NCBI GenBank assembly: GCA_038211425.1
Contig: JBBQVQ010000004.1
Coordinates: 6,591-70,590 of the forward strand
Origin: Candidatus Limnocylindria bacterium
GTDB taxonomy: Bacteria > Chloroflexota > Limnocylindria > P2-11E
DNA: 64,000 nt
Direction: 5' to 3'
The notes under the pieces are model-generated. The model was not told where the DNA came from. It saw only the letters and a list, made by a program, of their open reading frames with translations, and made no database searches. How positions within the stretch are numbered: position 1 is the stretch's first letter; each line of letters starts with the position of its first letter. Positions 1 through 11,021 of this stretch are shown one piece after another. Position numbers and translations under genes: made by a program.

Positions 1-1
1 G

Positions 2-340
2 CCTCCGGCGCTGGTCTTCAAGGGATCGGGGTGGTACGTCAACGACAGCCGCAAGGCCCGCGGGGGTGATTCCGGCGACAAGGCCGAGAGGGCGGATAAG
101 GGCGAGGGGGGCGGCAAGGCGGACGCGGCAGAGAAGGGTGACAAGGGCGAGAAGGGGGACAAAGGGAGCAAGGGAGACAGGGCGGATACGGGCGACAGGG
201 GCGACCGAGGCGACAGGGGCGGCGCAGGAACGGCGGCGGGCTCCGGCGAGGGCCGGCCTCGGGACGGAAAGGCGAAGGCCGACACCGGGCCCGCGCCCAA
301 GGGAGAACGCACCTCTTCGAATAGCGAGCCGCCATCCTAG
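2..340 (+). CDS. 3'-terminal fragment of an FmdB-family zinc-ribbon protein with a Gly-X-Y / charged low-complexity tail (5' end outside window)
   Basis: Open frame 2 ends at TAG 338-340. The translation ...VFKGSGWYVNDSRKA... matches the conserved C-terminal FmdB motif (GSGFY.TDY). It is followed by GDKGEKGDKGSKGDRADTGDRGDRGDRGG Gly-X-Y triplets. The antisense Pro-rich ORF 39..335 is its mirror artefact. Confidence 0.4.
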   Translation, partial: PPALVFKGSGWYVNDSRKARGGDSGDKAERADKGEGGGKADAAEKGDKGEKGDKGSKGDRADTGDRGDRGDRGGAGTAAGSGEGRPRDGKAKADTGPAPKGERTSSNSEPPS

Positions 341-414
341 CCGGGCTCCTCGCGCGCAGCCGCGCCGTATCGTCCGCATTCTCGAGCGATGAGTGCGCCT
401 TCCTCGCCGGAGCT

Positions 415-1146
415 GTGGCGTACCAGATCTTCTTCGCGATCGTCCCGCTCCTCGCGCTTGCGCTCGGACTCCTCGCGTTCGTCTACGGCCAGGATCGCGC
501 GCAGCAGCAGATCGTCGAGGTCATCCGGGGTGCGTACCCCTCGGCGACCGCCCAGGAAACCGGCCTCGTGCGGCAGATCGTCGAGGGCCGCGCCGTTTCG
601 CTCGGCCTGGGGCTGGTCGGCACCCTGTTCTCGGTGACCGCTATCCACGCATCGATCGACCTCTCGCTGGCCAGCGTTCTGGGGCGAGAGGGCAAGCGCC
701 GCTTCGTCCGCGGCAAGCTCGAGGCGGTCGCGTTCGCCGCCGGACTTGCCCTGCTGCTGGTGGTCTCCTTCGCCGTGTCGTACGGGGTCCAGGCCGCACA
801 GGGCGCTTTTGCCGCTGCGGGGCTCGAGCAGGGTGCGCGGATCGCCCTGCAGTTGTCATCGCCGATCCTCGGCGTCGCCCTCGGCTACCTGTTCTTCCTG
901 CTCATCTACCGCGTCGTCCCGCGGCGTCCGGTCCCGCGGGGGCTGGCCGGCGCGGCCGCGCTGGTCGCCGCCATCCTGTGGGAAGTGGCGAAGGTCGCGT
1001 TCGGCTTCTACACGCGCGCTCTGGGCGCCTTCGCAGCGTACGGGGCGCTCGCATTCGTGGCCGGGCTCTTGACCTGGATCTATTTCACCGCGGCGATCAT
1101 CCTCCTGGGGGCCGAGATCATACGTACGTCTGAGAAGTCGGCATGA
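415..1146 (+). CDS. YihY/BrkB family inner-membrane protein (ribonuclease BN-like misnomer)
   Basis: Multi-TM translation AYQIFFAIVPLLALALGLL...LLGAEIIRT is typical of YihY/BrkB. The frame is open back to 325 with YihY-like residues but no ATG/GTG/TTG. The GTG at 415 is taken as the start, so the N-terminus may be truncated. Confidence 0.65.
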   Translation: MAYQIFFAIVPLLALALGLLAFVYGQDRAQQQIVEVIRGAYPSATAQETGLVRQIVEGRAVSLGLGLVGTLFSVTAIHASIDLSLASVLGREGKRRFVRGKLEAVAFAAGLALLLVVSFAVSYGVQAAQGAFAAAGLEQGARIALQLSSPILGVALGYLFFLLIYRVVPRRPVPRGLAGAAALVAAILWEVAKVAFGFYTRALGAFAAYGALAFVAGLLTWIYFTAAIILLGAEIIRTSEKSA

Positions 1147-1895
1147 TCGAGCGGCTCGAGGGGATGGTGAGCCGACTGCTCGAGGGTAGGGTCGCGCGAC
1201 TCTTCCGCACGCCGCTCCAGCCGGTGCAGCTCGGCAAGCGCGTCATCCGCGCGATGGAGTCGCATCGAACGGTCTCGCTCTCCAAGACCTTTGTGCCCAA
1301 TTCGTACGTCGTCTCGCTCGCGCCGAGCGACTTCGCGCAGTTCGAACAGTATCGCCGGAGCCTCGAGCGCGACCTCGCCGAAGCGGTCCTCGGCGCCGCG
1401 CGCGACCGCGGCTTAACGCTGCTCGCCTATCCAACGGTCGAGCTCGAACGCGACGACGACATCCCGTCGGGCGACGTCCGCGTCTCGTGCGCGCTCGTCG
1501 ACGAGACGGGCGGTGAGGTGGGGCCGGAGGCGCCCGCCATCCGAGCCACGGCCAGCGGCCACACGATGGTGCTGGACCGCGACGCGCTGCTGCGCGACCG
1601 GCCCCGGTCCCCGAAGGCCTCGATCGAGGTCCGCGACGCCGAGCGTCGCCGCGTGGGCCTTGGCCCGGATCCGCTTGCCATCGGACGCGATCCGGAGAAC
1701 GACATCGTCCTCAGCGACCGCCGCGTGTCCCGTAGGCACGCGGAGATAAAGCTTCGGCTCGGCCGCTATACGCTCTACGACCTGCAGAGCACGAACGGCA
1801 CGCTGGTGAACGGCCGCCGGGTCGCGGAGGTGGTCCTCAGCGACGGCGACCGGATCGCGATCGGTGGCACCGAGATGGTCTTCTCCGCGGAATAG
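1143..1895 (+). CDS. fhaA: FhaA-like protein (DUF3662 N-domain + C-terminal FHA domain)
   Basis: The N-terminus MIERLEGMVSRLLEG...VQLGKRV matches DUF3662. The C-terminus has an FHA signature (IGRDPENDIVLSDRRVSRRHAEI...LQSTNGTLVNG). ATGA overlap with the upstream stop. Confidence 0.75.
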   Translation: MIERLEGMVSRLLEGRVARLFRTPLQPVQLGKRVIRAMESHRTVSLSKTFVPNSYVVSLAPSDFAQFEQYRRSLERDLAEAVLGAARDRGLTLLAYPTVELERDDDIPSGDVRVSCALVDETGGEVGPEAPAIRATASGHTMVLDRDALLRDRPRSPKASIEVRDAERRRVGLGPDPLAIGRDPENDIVLSDRRVSRRHAEIKLRLGRYTLYDLQSTNGTLVNGRRVAEVVLSDGDRIAIGGTEMVFSAE

Positions 1896-1916
1896 GCACC
1901 GGGAGGCGCGCCGCGG

Positions 1917-2360
1917 ATGGAGATCGCGTTCCCGATCGTGTTGTGGGGCGTGCGGATCCTCTTCCTTCTCCTGTTGTATCTCTTCCTGTTCCGGAGCTTC
2001 GCGGAGCTGCATCGGGCGATGCGCACCGACGCCTCGGACGCCCAGCGGCCCACCACCGGGCTCGCCTACCTGGTGGTCGAGCGCGGCCATCCCGCCGGCC
2101 CGCGTACCGGTGATCGGCTGCCGCTGCGCACCACCAGCGCCATCGGGCGCGGCCCGGGCAACGACATCGTGTTGAACGACGAGGCGGCATCGGCGCACCA
2201 CGCGACGATCTCCCTCGTCGACGGCGAGTGGTGGGTCGAGGACAAGGGCAGCACCAACGGAACGCTCCTCGGCGGGGCACGCATCGGCGAGAGGGAACGG
2301 TTGGGGCAGGGAGACGTCCTCGCCATCGGCCGCGTCTCGCTGCGCTTCGAATCGGCGTGA
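1917..2360 (+). CDS. fhaB: FhaB/FipA-like membrane-anchored FHA-domain protein
   Basis: N-terminal TM helix (IVLWGVRILFLLLLYLFLF) plus an FHA domain (IGRGPGNDIVLNDEAASAHHATI...GSTNGTLLGG). Confidence 0.7.
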   Translation: MEIAFPIVLWGVRILFLLLLYLFLFRSFAELHRAMRTDASDAQRPTTGLAYLVVERGHPAGPRTGDRLPLRTTSAIGRGPGNDIVLNDEAASAHHATISLVDGEWWVEDKGSTNGTLLGGARIGERERLGQGDVLAIGRVSLRFESA

Positions 2361-3652
2361 GAGCCCACCCGGCGGCGCGCTTCGGCGAACTGCGGCTTCT
2401 GTTCCTCGTCGCCGCGCTCGCGGTCACCGGCTTCGTCGCGGTCGTCGCGACCGTCAACGCGGAGTTCCGCACGGCGCAGGTGCTCGTCCCGCTGCTGTTC
2501 CTCGCGCTCGCGGCGGCGCTTCACGTGGTGCTCGTCGCCGTCGGCTTCCGCGGCGATCAGCTGCTGTTGCCCCTGGCCGTGGCGCTGACCGCGATCGGCC
2601 TCATCCTGGTGGAGCGCCTGGCCCCGCGGCTCCTCATCCAACAGCTCACGTGGTCGATCGTTGCCGCCGGCGCCTTCGTCGCCGTACTGCTGATCCCGCG
2701 CGACCTCTCGGTACTCGCGCGCTACAAGTACACGTGGGCGCTGCTCGGGATGTTGCTGCTCGTTGCTCCACTGTTGCCGCTGGTCGGCACCGAGATCAAC
2801 GGCGCGCGGATCTGGGTGCGCCTCGGGCCCGCGCTCTTCGAACCGTGGGAGGCCGTGAAGCTGCTCCTGGTCGTGTTCTTCGCGGCGTACCTCGAGGAGT
2901 ACCGCGAGGTCCTCTCCGCAACGCCACGCCGCCTCGGTCCGTTCCCGGTCCCACCGGTGCCGTACCTGCTCCCGATCCTCCTGATGTGGGCGATCGCGAT
3001 GCTGGTGCTGGTCGGGGAGAAGGACCTCGGCGCCACCCTGCTCTTCTTCGGGATCTTCCTGGCGATGCTCTTCCTGGCGACCGGCGAGCTCTTCTACACC
3101 GCGATCGGCCTCGCCCTGCTCGCTGTCGGCTCACTCCTGGCGTACCGGGCCTTCCCGCACGTGCAGGCGCGGGTCGACGTCTGGCTCGCGCCATTCTCCC
3201 CGGATCTGCGTTTCGACCAGGGCTACCAGATGGTCCAGGGCCTTTTCTCGCTTGGCAATGGGGGACTTCTCGGGGTCGGACTCGGACGCGGCATGGCAGA
3301 GCGGATCCCGGTCGTCTGGAGCGACTTCGTGTTCGACGCCTTCGCCGAGGAGGCCGGTTTCCTGGGGGCGGCGGCGCTGCTCGCGCTCTACCTGCTGTTC
3401 TTCTATCGCGGGATGCACATCGCGCTTCGGGCGCCCACGGCGTTCCTGCAGCTGCTCGCGGGCGGCCTTTCCTTCATCCTCGCCTTGCAGACGCTCGTCA
3501 TCGTGGCCGGCAACGCCAAGCTGATCCCGCTCACAGGGATCACGCTTCCGTTCGTCGCGTACGGGGGATCCTCGCTCGTGACGAACTTCATGCTCACCGC
3601 GGTCCTGCTGCGCGTCAGCGACATCACGGCGCGCGTGCGAGGACCGGGGTGA
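2357..3652 (+). CDS. rodA: SEDS-family peptidoglycan glycosyltransferase RodA/FtsW
   Basis: Polytopic membrane protein with SEDS motifs (WVRLGPALFEPWEAVKLLLVVFFAAYL; GNGGLLGVGLGRG; DFVFDAFAEEAGFLG). GTG 2357 overlaps the fhaB stop (GTGA). Confidence 0.8.
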   Translation: MRAHPAARFGELRLLFLVAALAVTGFVAVVATVNAEFRTAQVLVPLLFLALAAALHVVLVAVGFRGDQLLLPLAVALTAIGLILVERLAPRLLIQQLTWSIVAAGAFVAVLLIPRDLSVLARYKYTWALLGMLLLVAPLLPLVGTEINGARIWVRLGPALFEPWEAVKLLLVVFFAAYLEEYREVLSATPRRLGPFPVPPVPYLLPILLMWAIAMLVLVGEKDLGATLLFFGIFLAMLFLATGELFYTAIGLALLAVGSLLAYRAFPHVQARVDVWLAPFSPDLRFDQGYQMVQGLFSLGNGGLLGVGLGRGMAERIPVVWSDFVFDAFAEEAGFLGAAALLALYLLFFYRGMHIALRAPTAFLQLLAGGLSFILALQTLVIVAGNAKLIPLTGITLPFVAYGGSSLVTNFMLTAVLLRVSDITARVRGPG

Positions 3653-5100
3653 CCCGACCGATCGCCGCGAACATCCGCGCGCTCACCCTCGCTGTCGCGG
3701 TGGTGTTCGTTCTGGTGTCCGTTGGGGTCGGTTATTGGACGCTGGTCGCGTCGGAGACGCTCGCCGCCGATCCGTTCAACCCCCGGCTCATCGCGGCGCA
3801 GCGCGACATCCTGCGCGGCGCGATCGTCGACCGGAATGGCCGGCCGCTCGCGCAGAGCGCGCGGCGCGGCGACGAAGTCGTTCGCGAGTATCGAGATCGC
3901 AGCCTCGCGCAGGTGGTCGGCTATGCCTCGCTGAAGTACGGGGCCACGGGGATCGAGCGGAGCTACGCCGAGTCGCTGATCGGGCAGGACCGCGCCGATC
4001 CGCTCGGGCTGCTCCGCGCGCGCTATCTCGGGGAGCGCTCGGCGCCGAGCGCGGTCGTGCTGGGGGTCGACGCGCGCGTGCAAAGCGCGGCCGTCTCGGC
4101 GCTCGCCGGCCGCCGGGGAGCGGTCGTGGCGATGGATCCGCGCACGGGGCTCATCCTCGCGTCGGTCAGCCTGCCCAACTACGACGCGAACCTCATCGTC
4201 GATCCGGCGCAGCAGGACATCGCGTGGGGCCAGGTCAACGGCAACCGGGACCGTCCGCTGCTCGACCGGGTGACGCAGGGGCTGTACCCGCCCGGATCCG
4301 TCTTCAAGATCGTCACGACCGCTGCCGGGCTCGAGAACGGGCTCGACCCGAACGCGCGCATCCGGGTCGACGACCCGTTCCAGGCCGATCGTTCTTGGGG
4401 TGACTACTTCGTGCGCTCGTCATCGCGCGCGCACGGCGACTTCGACCTGTCCTTCGCCTACCAGCGCTCCGAGAACATCTACTTCGCCAAGGTCGGCCTC
4501 CAGGTGGGTGGCGCCAGGCTCGCGGAGTACGCCGGCCGCTTCGGCATCGGCACGCGTCCCAAGCTTGACATCGAGGAGCGCACCGTGGCCGCGGGCCAGG
4601 TCTCGACCTCCGGTGTCCTCGACCGCCCGACTCTGGTGGCCGACACCTCGTTCGGGCAGGGAGAGCTCCTCGTTTCGCCGATGCAGATGCTGCTCGTCGC
4701 CGCTGCGATCGCCGATCGCGGGTCGATGCCGACCGCGCACTACTCCAGCGAGGTGCGCGACGGCCAGGGACGCCGCATACGTGCGGTGGATCCGGGGCCC
4801 GCCGAGCAGGTCATCCGCCCGGAGACCGCTCGCACGATCACGCAGGCCATGGTCGATGCGGTCGAGGCGCCCGGCGCCTTCGCGGCCGGCGCGAAGGTCG
4901 CCGGGGTGAAGGTCGCCGGCAAGACCGGTACTGCCGAGAACGCCGCGGGAGCTCCGCACGGCTGGTTCGTCGGGTTCGCTCCCGCAGCCGAGCCGACGGT
5001 CGCGGTCGCGGTCCTGATCGAGAACGCGCCAGGCGGCGGCTCCGACGCCGCGCCCGCCGGCGGCGCGGTGCTGAAGGCCGCGCTCGGGGCGGGGAACTAG
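3649..5100 (+). CDS. pbpA: Class B penicillin-binding protein (PBP2/PbpA transpeptidase)
   Basis: N-terminal TM helix, PBP dimerisation region, and a transpeptidase domain with SVFKIVT (SxxK) and KTGTAE (KTG) motifs. GTG 3649 overlaps the rodA stop (GTGA). Confidence 0.8.
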   Translation: MTRPIAANIRALTLAVAVVFVLVSVGVGYWTLVASETLAADPFNPRLIAAQRDILRGAIVDRNGRPLAQSARRGDEVVREYRDRSLAQVVGYASLKYGATGIERSYAESLIGQDRADPLGLLRARYLGERSAPSAVVLGVDARVQSAAVSALAGRRGAVVAMDPRTGLILASVSLPNYDANLIVDPAQQDIAWGQVNGNRDRPLLDRVTQGLYPPGSVFKIVTTAAGLENGLDPNARIRVDDPFQADRSWGDYFVRSSSRAHGDFDLSFAYQRSENIYFAKVGLQVGGARLAEYAGRFGIGTRPKLDIEERTVAAGQVSTSGVLDRPTLVADTSFGQGELLVSPMQMLLVAAAIADRGSMPTAHYSSEVRDGQGRRIRAVDPGPAEQVIRPETARTITQAMVDAVEAPGAFAAGAKVAGVKVAGKTGTAENAAGAPHGWFVGFAPAAEPTVAVAVLIENAPGGGSDAAPAGGAVLKAALGAGN

Positions 5101-5223
5101 CCGGCCCCTCCGCTGTATGCGCGTAATGAACCAGATGAGCTCGTAAGGCGTTCTGCAAAGGAACGCACGAGTCCCCCGCCGTAACATCGACGTGGGCATC
5201 ACTTCGCACGAGGGGAGACCGCA

Positions 5224-6185
<962 letters not shown>

Positions 6186-6186
<1 letters not shown>

Positions 6187-7394
6187 TGCGCGCCTGGCAG
6201 TTCGGGGTCCTGTGGATCGCATTGTTCGTCGCCGCCGCGGCAAGTGGCGTCGAACTGCTGTCGTACCTCGCGTACCTCGTGCTCTTCGTGGCGGGGGCGA
6301 TGTGGGTCGTTTCTCGGCTGACGCTCGACGGGCTCTCCGTCAAGCGCAGCCTCGGACAGGCGTACGCGCACCTCGGGGACAACATCGAGCTGTCGTATGA
6401 CCTGCGCAACGATCACCGCCTGGGCAAGCTCTGGCTCGAGATCCACGAGGACTCGAGCTGGCCGGAGCCCATCCCCGGACGGGTGCTCAGCATCGGCGGC
6501 GGGCGTACCCGGCGCTGGAAGGTCCTCGTCAAGGCGCTCCGGCGCGGACGCTTCCACCTCGGGCCGATCGTGCTGCGCAGCGGGGACCCGTTCGGTCTGT
6601 TCGCGACGGAGCAGCGGATCCCGACCGACTCGCTGATCCTGGTGTACCCCCGCATCCTCCCGCTGCCCTTTTGGCAGCTGCCTGGCTCCTTCCTCGAGGG
6701 CAACGTGCTGACGGGACAGCGTTCGCTGCAATCGACGTCGATGGTCATGGGTATCCGCGAGTACCGTCCGGGCGACGCGGTCAATCGCATCCACTGGCCG
6801 TCCTCGCTTCGCCACCGCAACCTGCAGGTCAAGGAATTCGAGCTGGACAAGACGGCCGACCTCTGGATCTACCTCGACCTCGAACGCCGCTGGCACCGCG
6901 GCGAGGGCGACCACTCGACCGAGGAGCGCGCCGTCACGGTCGCGGCGTCGGTCGTCGCGAAGGCTCTACGCGAGCACCGCAACGTCGGTCTGGTCACGAG
7001 CGGACGCCACGCTGAGATCCTTCATCCCGATCGCGGGACCAAGCAGTTCGGCAAGCTCATGCAGTACCTCGCCGAGGTGCAGGCGGGCGGGACGCGGACG
7101 CTCGCGGAAACGCTCGTCGAGACGCTGCCCCGCCTGCGACGGGGGGCATCCGTCCTCGTCATCACACCGTCGCTGGATCGGGCGTGGGTGCGGCCCGGCA
7201 GCACCCTACGGGAGGCAGGGATCGCCACCCAGGCCGTCATCGTCGGCCCTCCCGCGGAGACGGACGAGCGCGACCCGGCCCGGCGGGCGGCGGTCCTGGG
7301 CGAGCTCGTGATCGCGGGCGTGCGCGCGACATTCCTTCCCGCGGACGCCGCGATCGAGGACCTGTTCCGGGAGGCCGTCAGTGCGGTCGCTTAG
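6186..7394 (+). CDS. DUF58 (vWA-like) protein, MoxR partner
   Basis: IREYRPGDAVNRIHWPSSLRHRNLQVKEFELD...LWIYLDL is the DUF58 core. ATG 6186 overlaps the moxR stop (TGATG). Confidence 0.75.
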
Positions 7395-9633
7395 CGCCGC
7401 CGGCCGCGCGGTGTTCGCGCCGCCGAACCTCTCGCGGTTGCGCTTCCGCGGTGGCTGGCTGGGACTGCTGTTCTTCCTGCCGCTGATCCTGATCTACCCG
7501 ACCTCGCTGCAGCAGGCCGACTGGGTCGAGCTGGGCGGTCAATTCGCCTGGATCGCGCTCTTCGGCGCCCTGTTCGGGTCCACGCTCGGGAACGGCCGGC
7601 AGCCGACGCGACGAGCGATGCTGATCGGGGCCTCCGGCGGGACGGGGTCGGTCTTCCTGATGACGATCCTGGCCTCCGGCAACGGGGACTTCCGTGACCG
7701 CGCCGTAGCCCTCGCGATGCACGTGAACAACTGGTTCACCCAGATCCTGGCGGGCGAGGCCGCCAACGATCCCACCGTCTTCGTGCTCTTCCTCGGCGCC
7801 ACGGCGTGGGCGTCGGCATTCGTGGGAACCTTCGCTCTCGCGCGTGAACGCCGCGCGTGGGACGTGATCCTCATGACCGGCTTCTGCCTCATCGTGAACG
7901 TGTCCCTCGCCCTCACCTCGCTGCTCGGCGACCTCGTGGTCTTCACCCTGTTCGCCCTGCTGTTCCTCGCGCGGCTGCATCTCGTCACGCTGCAGGAGCG
8001 CTGGGAGCGCGCGAACATCGTGCCTGCGGGAGAGATGGACTGGCGCCTCTTCCGCGGAGCGCTCACATGGACGGCGGTGCTCGTCATCATGGCGCTGGTC
8101 ACCCCGCGGGTGGGCGCGGCCGAGGTGCTCAACACCGCCTTCAACACATTCGAGGGTCCCTACCATCGCGTCGAGGCTGAGTGGCAGCGATTCTTCGCCG
8201 GCGTCTCGGGGCCGAGCAGGCTCCGCGGCGTGTCGTTCTCCGATTCCATCCGCCTCGGCCAGGCGCCGAACCTGGGCGATCGGGTCGTGATGACCGTTAC
8301 CTCCGACGCCGGCCACTTCTGGCGCGCGGTGACCTACGACTTCTACACGGGCGCGGGCTGGCGCACTACCGAGGTCGACAAGGCGGACAAGGTGACACCC
8401 TCCGCGTTCCTCGGCCGCGAGAAGCAGGATGCGACCTTCCAGGTGGATGTGCCGCACGCCAACCTGCTCTTCGCGGCGAATGAACCGACGAAGGCGAGCA
8501 TCCCATATCAGTTCCAGAGCGGCGACGACAGGAACTACTCGACCTCGATGCGCGCGCTCAACCGGGCGCAGGCGAATGGCCCTTACGTCGTGTCGTCCTA
8601 CGTATCGACGGCCGACAAGGCCACCCTCCGCAGATCCCCGACCGCCTATCCGGCGTACATCAGCTCGAAGTACCTTCAGCTGCCCTCGAGCCTCCCGCAG
8701 CGGGTGGCCGATCTCGCCCGCCGCGTCGCGGGCAACAAGGCCACCGCGTACGACAAGGCGGAAGCGATCGAGACCTACCTGCGCAGCACGTACAAGTACT
8801 CGACCGTCGTGAAATCGCCGCCACCGGGCCGCGACCCCGTCGACTACTTCCTCTTCGATCTGAGGGAGGATTTCTGCGAGTACTTCGCTTCGTCGATGGC
8901 CGTGATGCTGCGCCAGGTCGGGGTCCCCGCCCGGATGGTCGAGGGCTTCACGACGGGGACGTTCGACTCCGACGCCCGCACCTACGTCGTGCGGGAGCTG
9001 AACGCGCACGCCTGGGTCGAGGCCTACTTCCCGCAGTACGGCTGGATCGAGTTCGAGCCGACGCCGTCCCAGCTCCCGTTCCCGCGCGTCGAGCAGGACC
9101 TCCCCGCCGGCAGCGGAGACACGACGACGGGTCCGGGGGCGGTGCGCCCGGAGGACTCCGAGGGTCTTGGCCGAGGCGGTGGAGATCCGACCGACCTATC
9201 GGGGGACTTCGGCGACGCTTCCGTCGGCGGCTCTCGGAGCGGCCTCGACCCCCGCCCGCCGCTGGCGATCGCCGTCATCCTGCTGCTCGCCCTGCTGGTC
9301 TGGGTCGCGCGCTTCCAGTGGCGATTCCGCGGGCTCGGGACGGTCGACGCGGCGTGGGGCAAGACGCGGCTCCTCGGCAGCTACGCCGGCCACGCCGCGC
9401 GCGCGTCGCAGACGACCTACGAGTACGCCGAGACGCTCGGGCGCGCGGTGCCCGAGGCCCGAGGTCAACTGCGCACGATCGCCGAGGTGCGCGTTCAGGA
9501 GCGCTACACCGCGGCCGGTGCGACCGACGCCGACCGGGCCAGAGCCTCCGCGGCCTGGCGCCAGGTCGCGCGGTCCCTGGTCGGGCTCATCCCCGCCAGA
9601 GTGATGCGCTCCCTGTCCCGCTTCGTACGCTGA
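7381..9633 (+). CDS. Transglutaminase-like domain membrane protein (DUF3488/transglutaminase/DUF4129 architecture)
   Basis: N-terminal multi-TM region. Transglutaminase core with FCEYFASSMAVMLRQVGVPARMVEGF...AHAWVEAYFPQYGWIEFEPTP (Cys-His-Asp). Canonical MoxR-DUF58-TGase triad. Confidence 0.75.
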   Translation: MRSLSAAGRAVFAPPNLSRLRFRGGWLGLLFFLPLILIYPTSLQQADWVELGGQFAWIALFGALFGSTLGNGRQPTRRAMLIGASGGTGSVFLMTILASGNGDFRDRAVALAMHVNNWFTQILAGEAANDPTVFVLFLGATAWASAFVGTFALARERRAWDVILMTGFCLIVNVSLALTSLLGDLVVFTLFALLFLARLHLVTLQERWERANIVPAGEMDWRLFRGALTWTAVLVIMALVTPRVGAAEVLNTAFNTFEGPYHRVEAEWQRFFAGVSGPSRLRGVSFSDSIRLGQAPNLGDRVVMTVTSDAGHFWRAVTYDFYTGAGWRTTEVDKADKVTPSAFLGREKQDATFQVDVPHANLLFAANEPTKASIPYQFQSGDDRNYSTSMRALNRAQANGPYVVSSYVSTADKATLRRSPTAYPAYISSKYLQLPSSLPQRVADLARRVAGNKATAYDKAEAIETYLRSTYKYSTVVKSPPPGRDPVDYFLFDLREDFCEYFASSMAVMLRQVGVPARMVEGFTTGTFDSDARTYVVRELNAHAWVEAYFPQYGWIEFEPTPSQLPFPRVEQDLPAGSGDTTTGPGAVRPEDSEGLGRGGGDPTDLSGDFGDASVGGSRSGLDPRPPLAIAVILLLALLVWVARFQWRFRGLGTVDAAWGKTRLLGSYAGHAARASQTTYEYAETLGRAVPEARGQLRTIAEVRVQERYTAAGATDADRARASAAWRQVARSLVGLIPARVMRSLSRFVR

Positions 9634-9668
9634 GCGGCTCCGCGGGCGAGCACGCGAACGTCGCGCGG

Positions 9669-10130
9669 GTGCGGGCGCACGCCGCGGCGATGGGCATGGA
9701 CCTTCGGGTCACCCGCTTTCCCGCGAGCACCCGCACGGCGAACGACGCCGCGCGCGAGATCGGCTGCGGCGTCGAGCAGATCGTGAAGTCGCTCGTCTTC
9801 AAGGCCGGCGACCAGACGGTGGTCGCCCTATGCAGCGGCGCCGATCGGGTGGACGAAGCGCGCCTGGCGTCGGAGGTCGGCGCACTGGCCGTGCGCCGCG
9901 CGACCGCCGACGAAGCGAGATCGGCGACCGGTTACCCGATCGGCGGCGTCCCGCCCTTCGGGCATGCGAACTCACTGCGGGTCGTCGCCGATCGCCGCCT
10001 CATGCGTTTCGAGACCGTCTGGGCCGCGGCCGGACTCCCGGACGCCGTCTTCCCGATCGCTCCGGCCGATCTCGTGCGCCTCGGCGCCGCGACCGTCGCC
10101 GACGTGGCGGTGACGCCGCCGGCGAGTTGA
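9669..10130 (+). CDS. YbaK/ProX-type aminoacyl-tRNA deacylase
   Basis: Motifs KSLVFKAGDQTVVALCSGADRVD and TGYPIGGVPPFGH are typical of the YbaK/EbsC family. The start is uncertain (GTG 9669 or ATG 9690). Similarity continues upstream into the overlap with the TGase gene. Confidence 0.55.
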   Translation: MRAHAAAMGMDLRVTRFPASTRTANDAAREIGCGVEQIVKSLVFKAGDQTVVALCSGADRVDEARLASEVGALAVRRATADEARSATGYPIGGVPPFGHANSLRVVADRRLMRFETVWAAAGLPDAVFPIAPADLVRLGAATVADVAVTPPAS

Positions 10131-10714
10131 ACACGAAGCTCTTCCGCTCGACTGCGGAGCTCCGCACGTGGTTCGAAAGGCATCACGACCGCGAGCCCGA
10201 GCTGATCCTCGGCTTCTACCGAAGGAGCAGCGGCAAGGCAAGCATCAGCTACCAGGAGGCTCTCGACGAGGCGCTGTGCTTCGGATGGATCGACGGCATC
10301 CGCCGGGGAGTGGACGACCAGCGCTTCACGAACCGCTTCACGCCGCGACGGCCGAAGAGCAATTGGAGCCAGGTCAACATCAAGCGGGTCGGCGAGCTCA
10401 TCGAACTCGGCCGCATGACGCCCGCCGGAGTGAAAGCGTTCGAGGCAAGAGACCCGACCCGGCAGAGCTCGTACTCGTACGAAGCGGCACAGCGCGCGCT
10501 CGACCCGTCGCACGAGAAGCAGTTCCGCGCGAACCGCCGCGCATGGGAGTTCTTCCAGGCCCAGCCCGCCGGCTACCGGCGCCTCGCGAGCTGGTGGGTC
10601 ATGAGCGCAAAGCGCGAGGAGACGCGCTCCCGGCGCCTCGCCACGCTGATCGGGGATTCGGCGAATGGTCGTCGCGCGCCGCAGGTGACCGGAGAGGCCC
10701 GCCCTCGGCCGTAG
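10127..10714 (+). CDS. YdeI/OmpD-associated (OmdA) family protein
   Basis: LFRSTAELRTWFERHHDREPELILGFYRR...ISYQEALDEALCFGWIDGIRR..RFTPRRPKSNWSQVN matches the family consensus. TTG 10127 overlaps the YbaK stop (TTGA). Confidence 0.55.
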   Translation: MNTKLFRSTAELRTWFERHHDREPELILGFYRRSSGKASISYQEALDEALCFGWIDGIRRGVDDQRFTNRFTPRRPKSNWSQVNIKRVGELIELGRMTPAGVKAFEARDPTRQSSYSYEAAQRALDPSHEKQFRANRRAWEFFQAQPAGYRRLASWWVMSAKREETRSRRLATLIGDSANGRRAPQVTGEARPRP

Positions 10715-11021
10715 CGGCGGCCTCGATCGCGGGGCACGACAGGGAGGGACTCTCTAAAGTCGACGCCGCGCCGGGCGCGTTGCCTCGGTCGGGCTGCCCG
10801 CCGACCCTGCGGGTCCTGCGGGCGCTCCCCGAGTGCAGGCGCACCGCGTCTCGCTGCGGCCGCACCCTTCCCGCCCAGTCGGCGGGCACCCTCCCTCGAC
10901 CCGCCGCCTCCGTGCCGGAGCGCGCGGGTCCGCCTGCGCCGGCCCCGCGCCCGATGCCACACGTCCCTGCCGCGACGGAACGTCGCGCGCACACCACGAG
11001 CCGTCGTGCTATCACCGGGCC

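Noticed and set aside
10715-11021. 300-bp gene-free GC-rich spacer before the SnoaL-like gene, considered as a possible ncRNA, riboswitch or degraded gene
   Set aside because: No recognisable RNA motif, no convincing stem-loops beyond GC-rich background, and no ORF with protein-like composition. Left unannotated.
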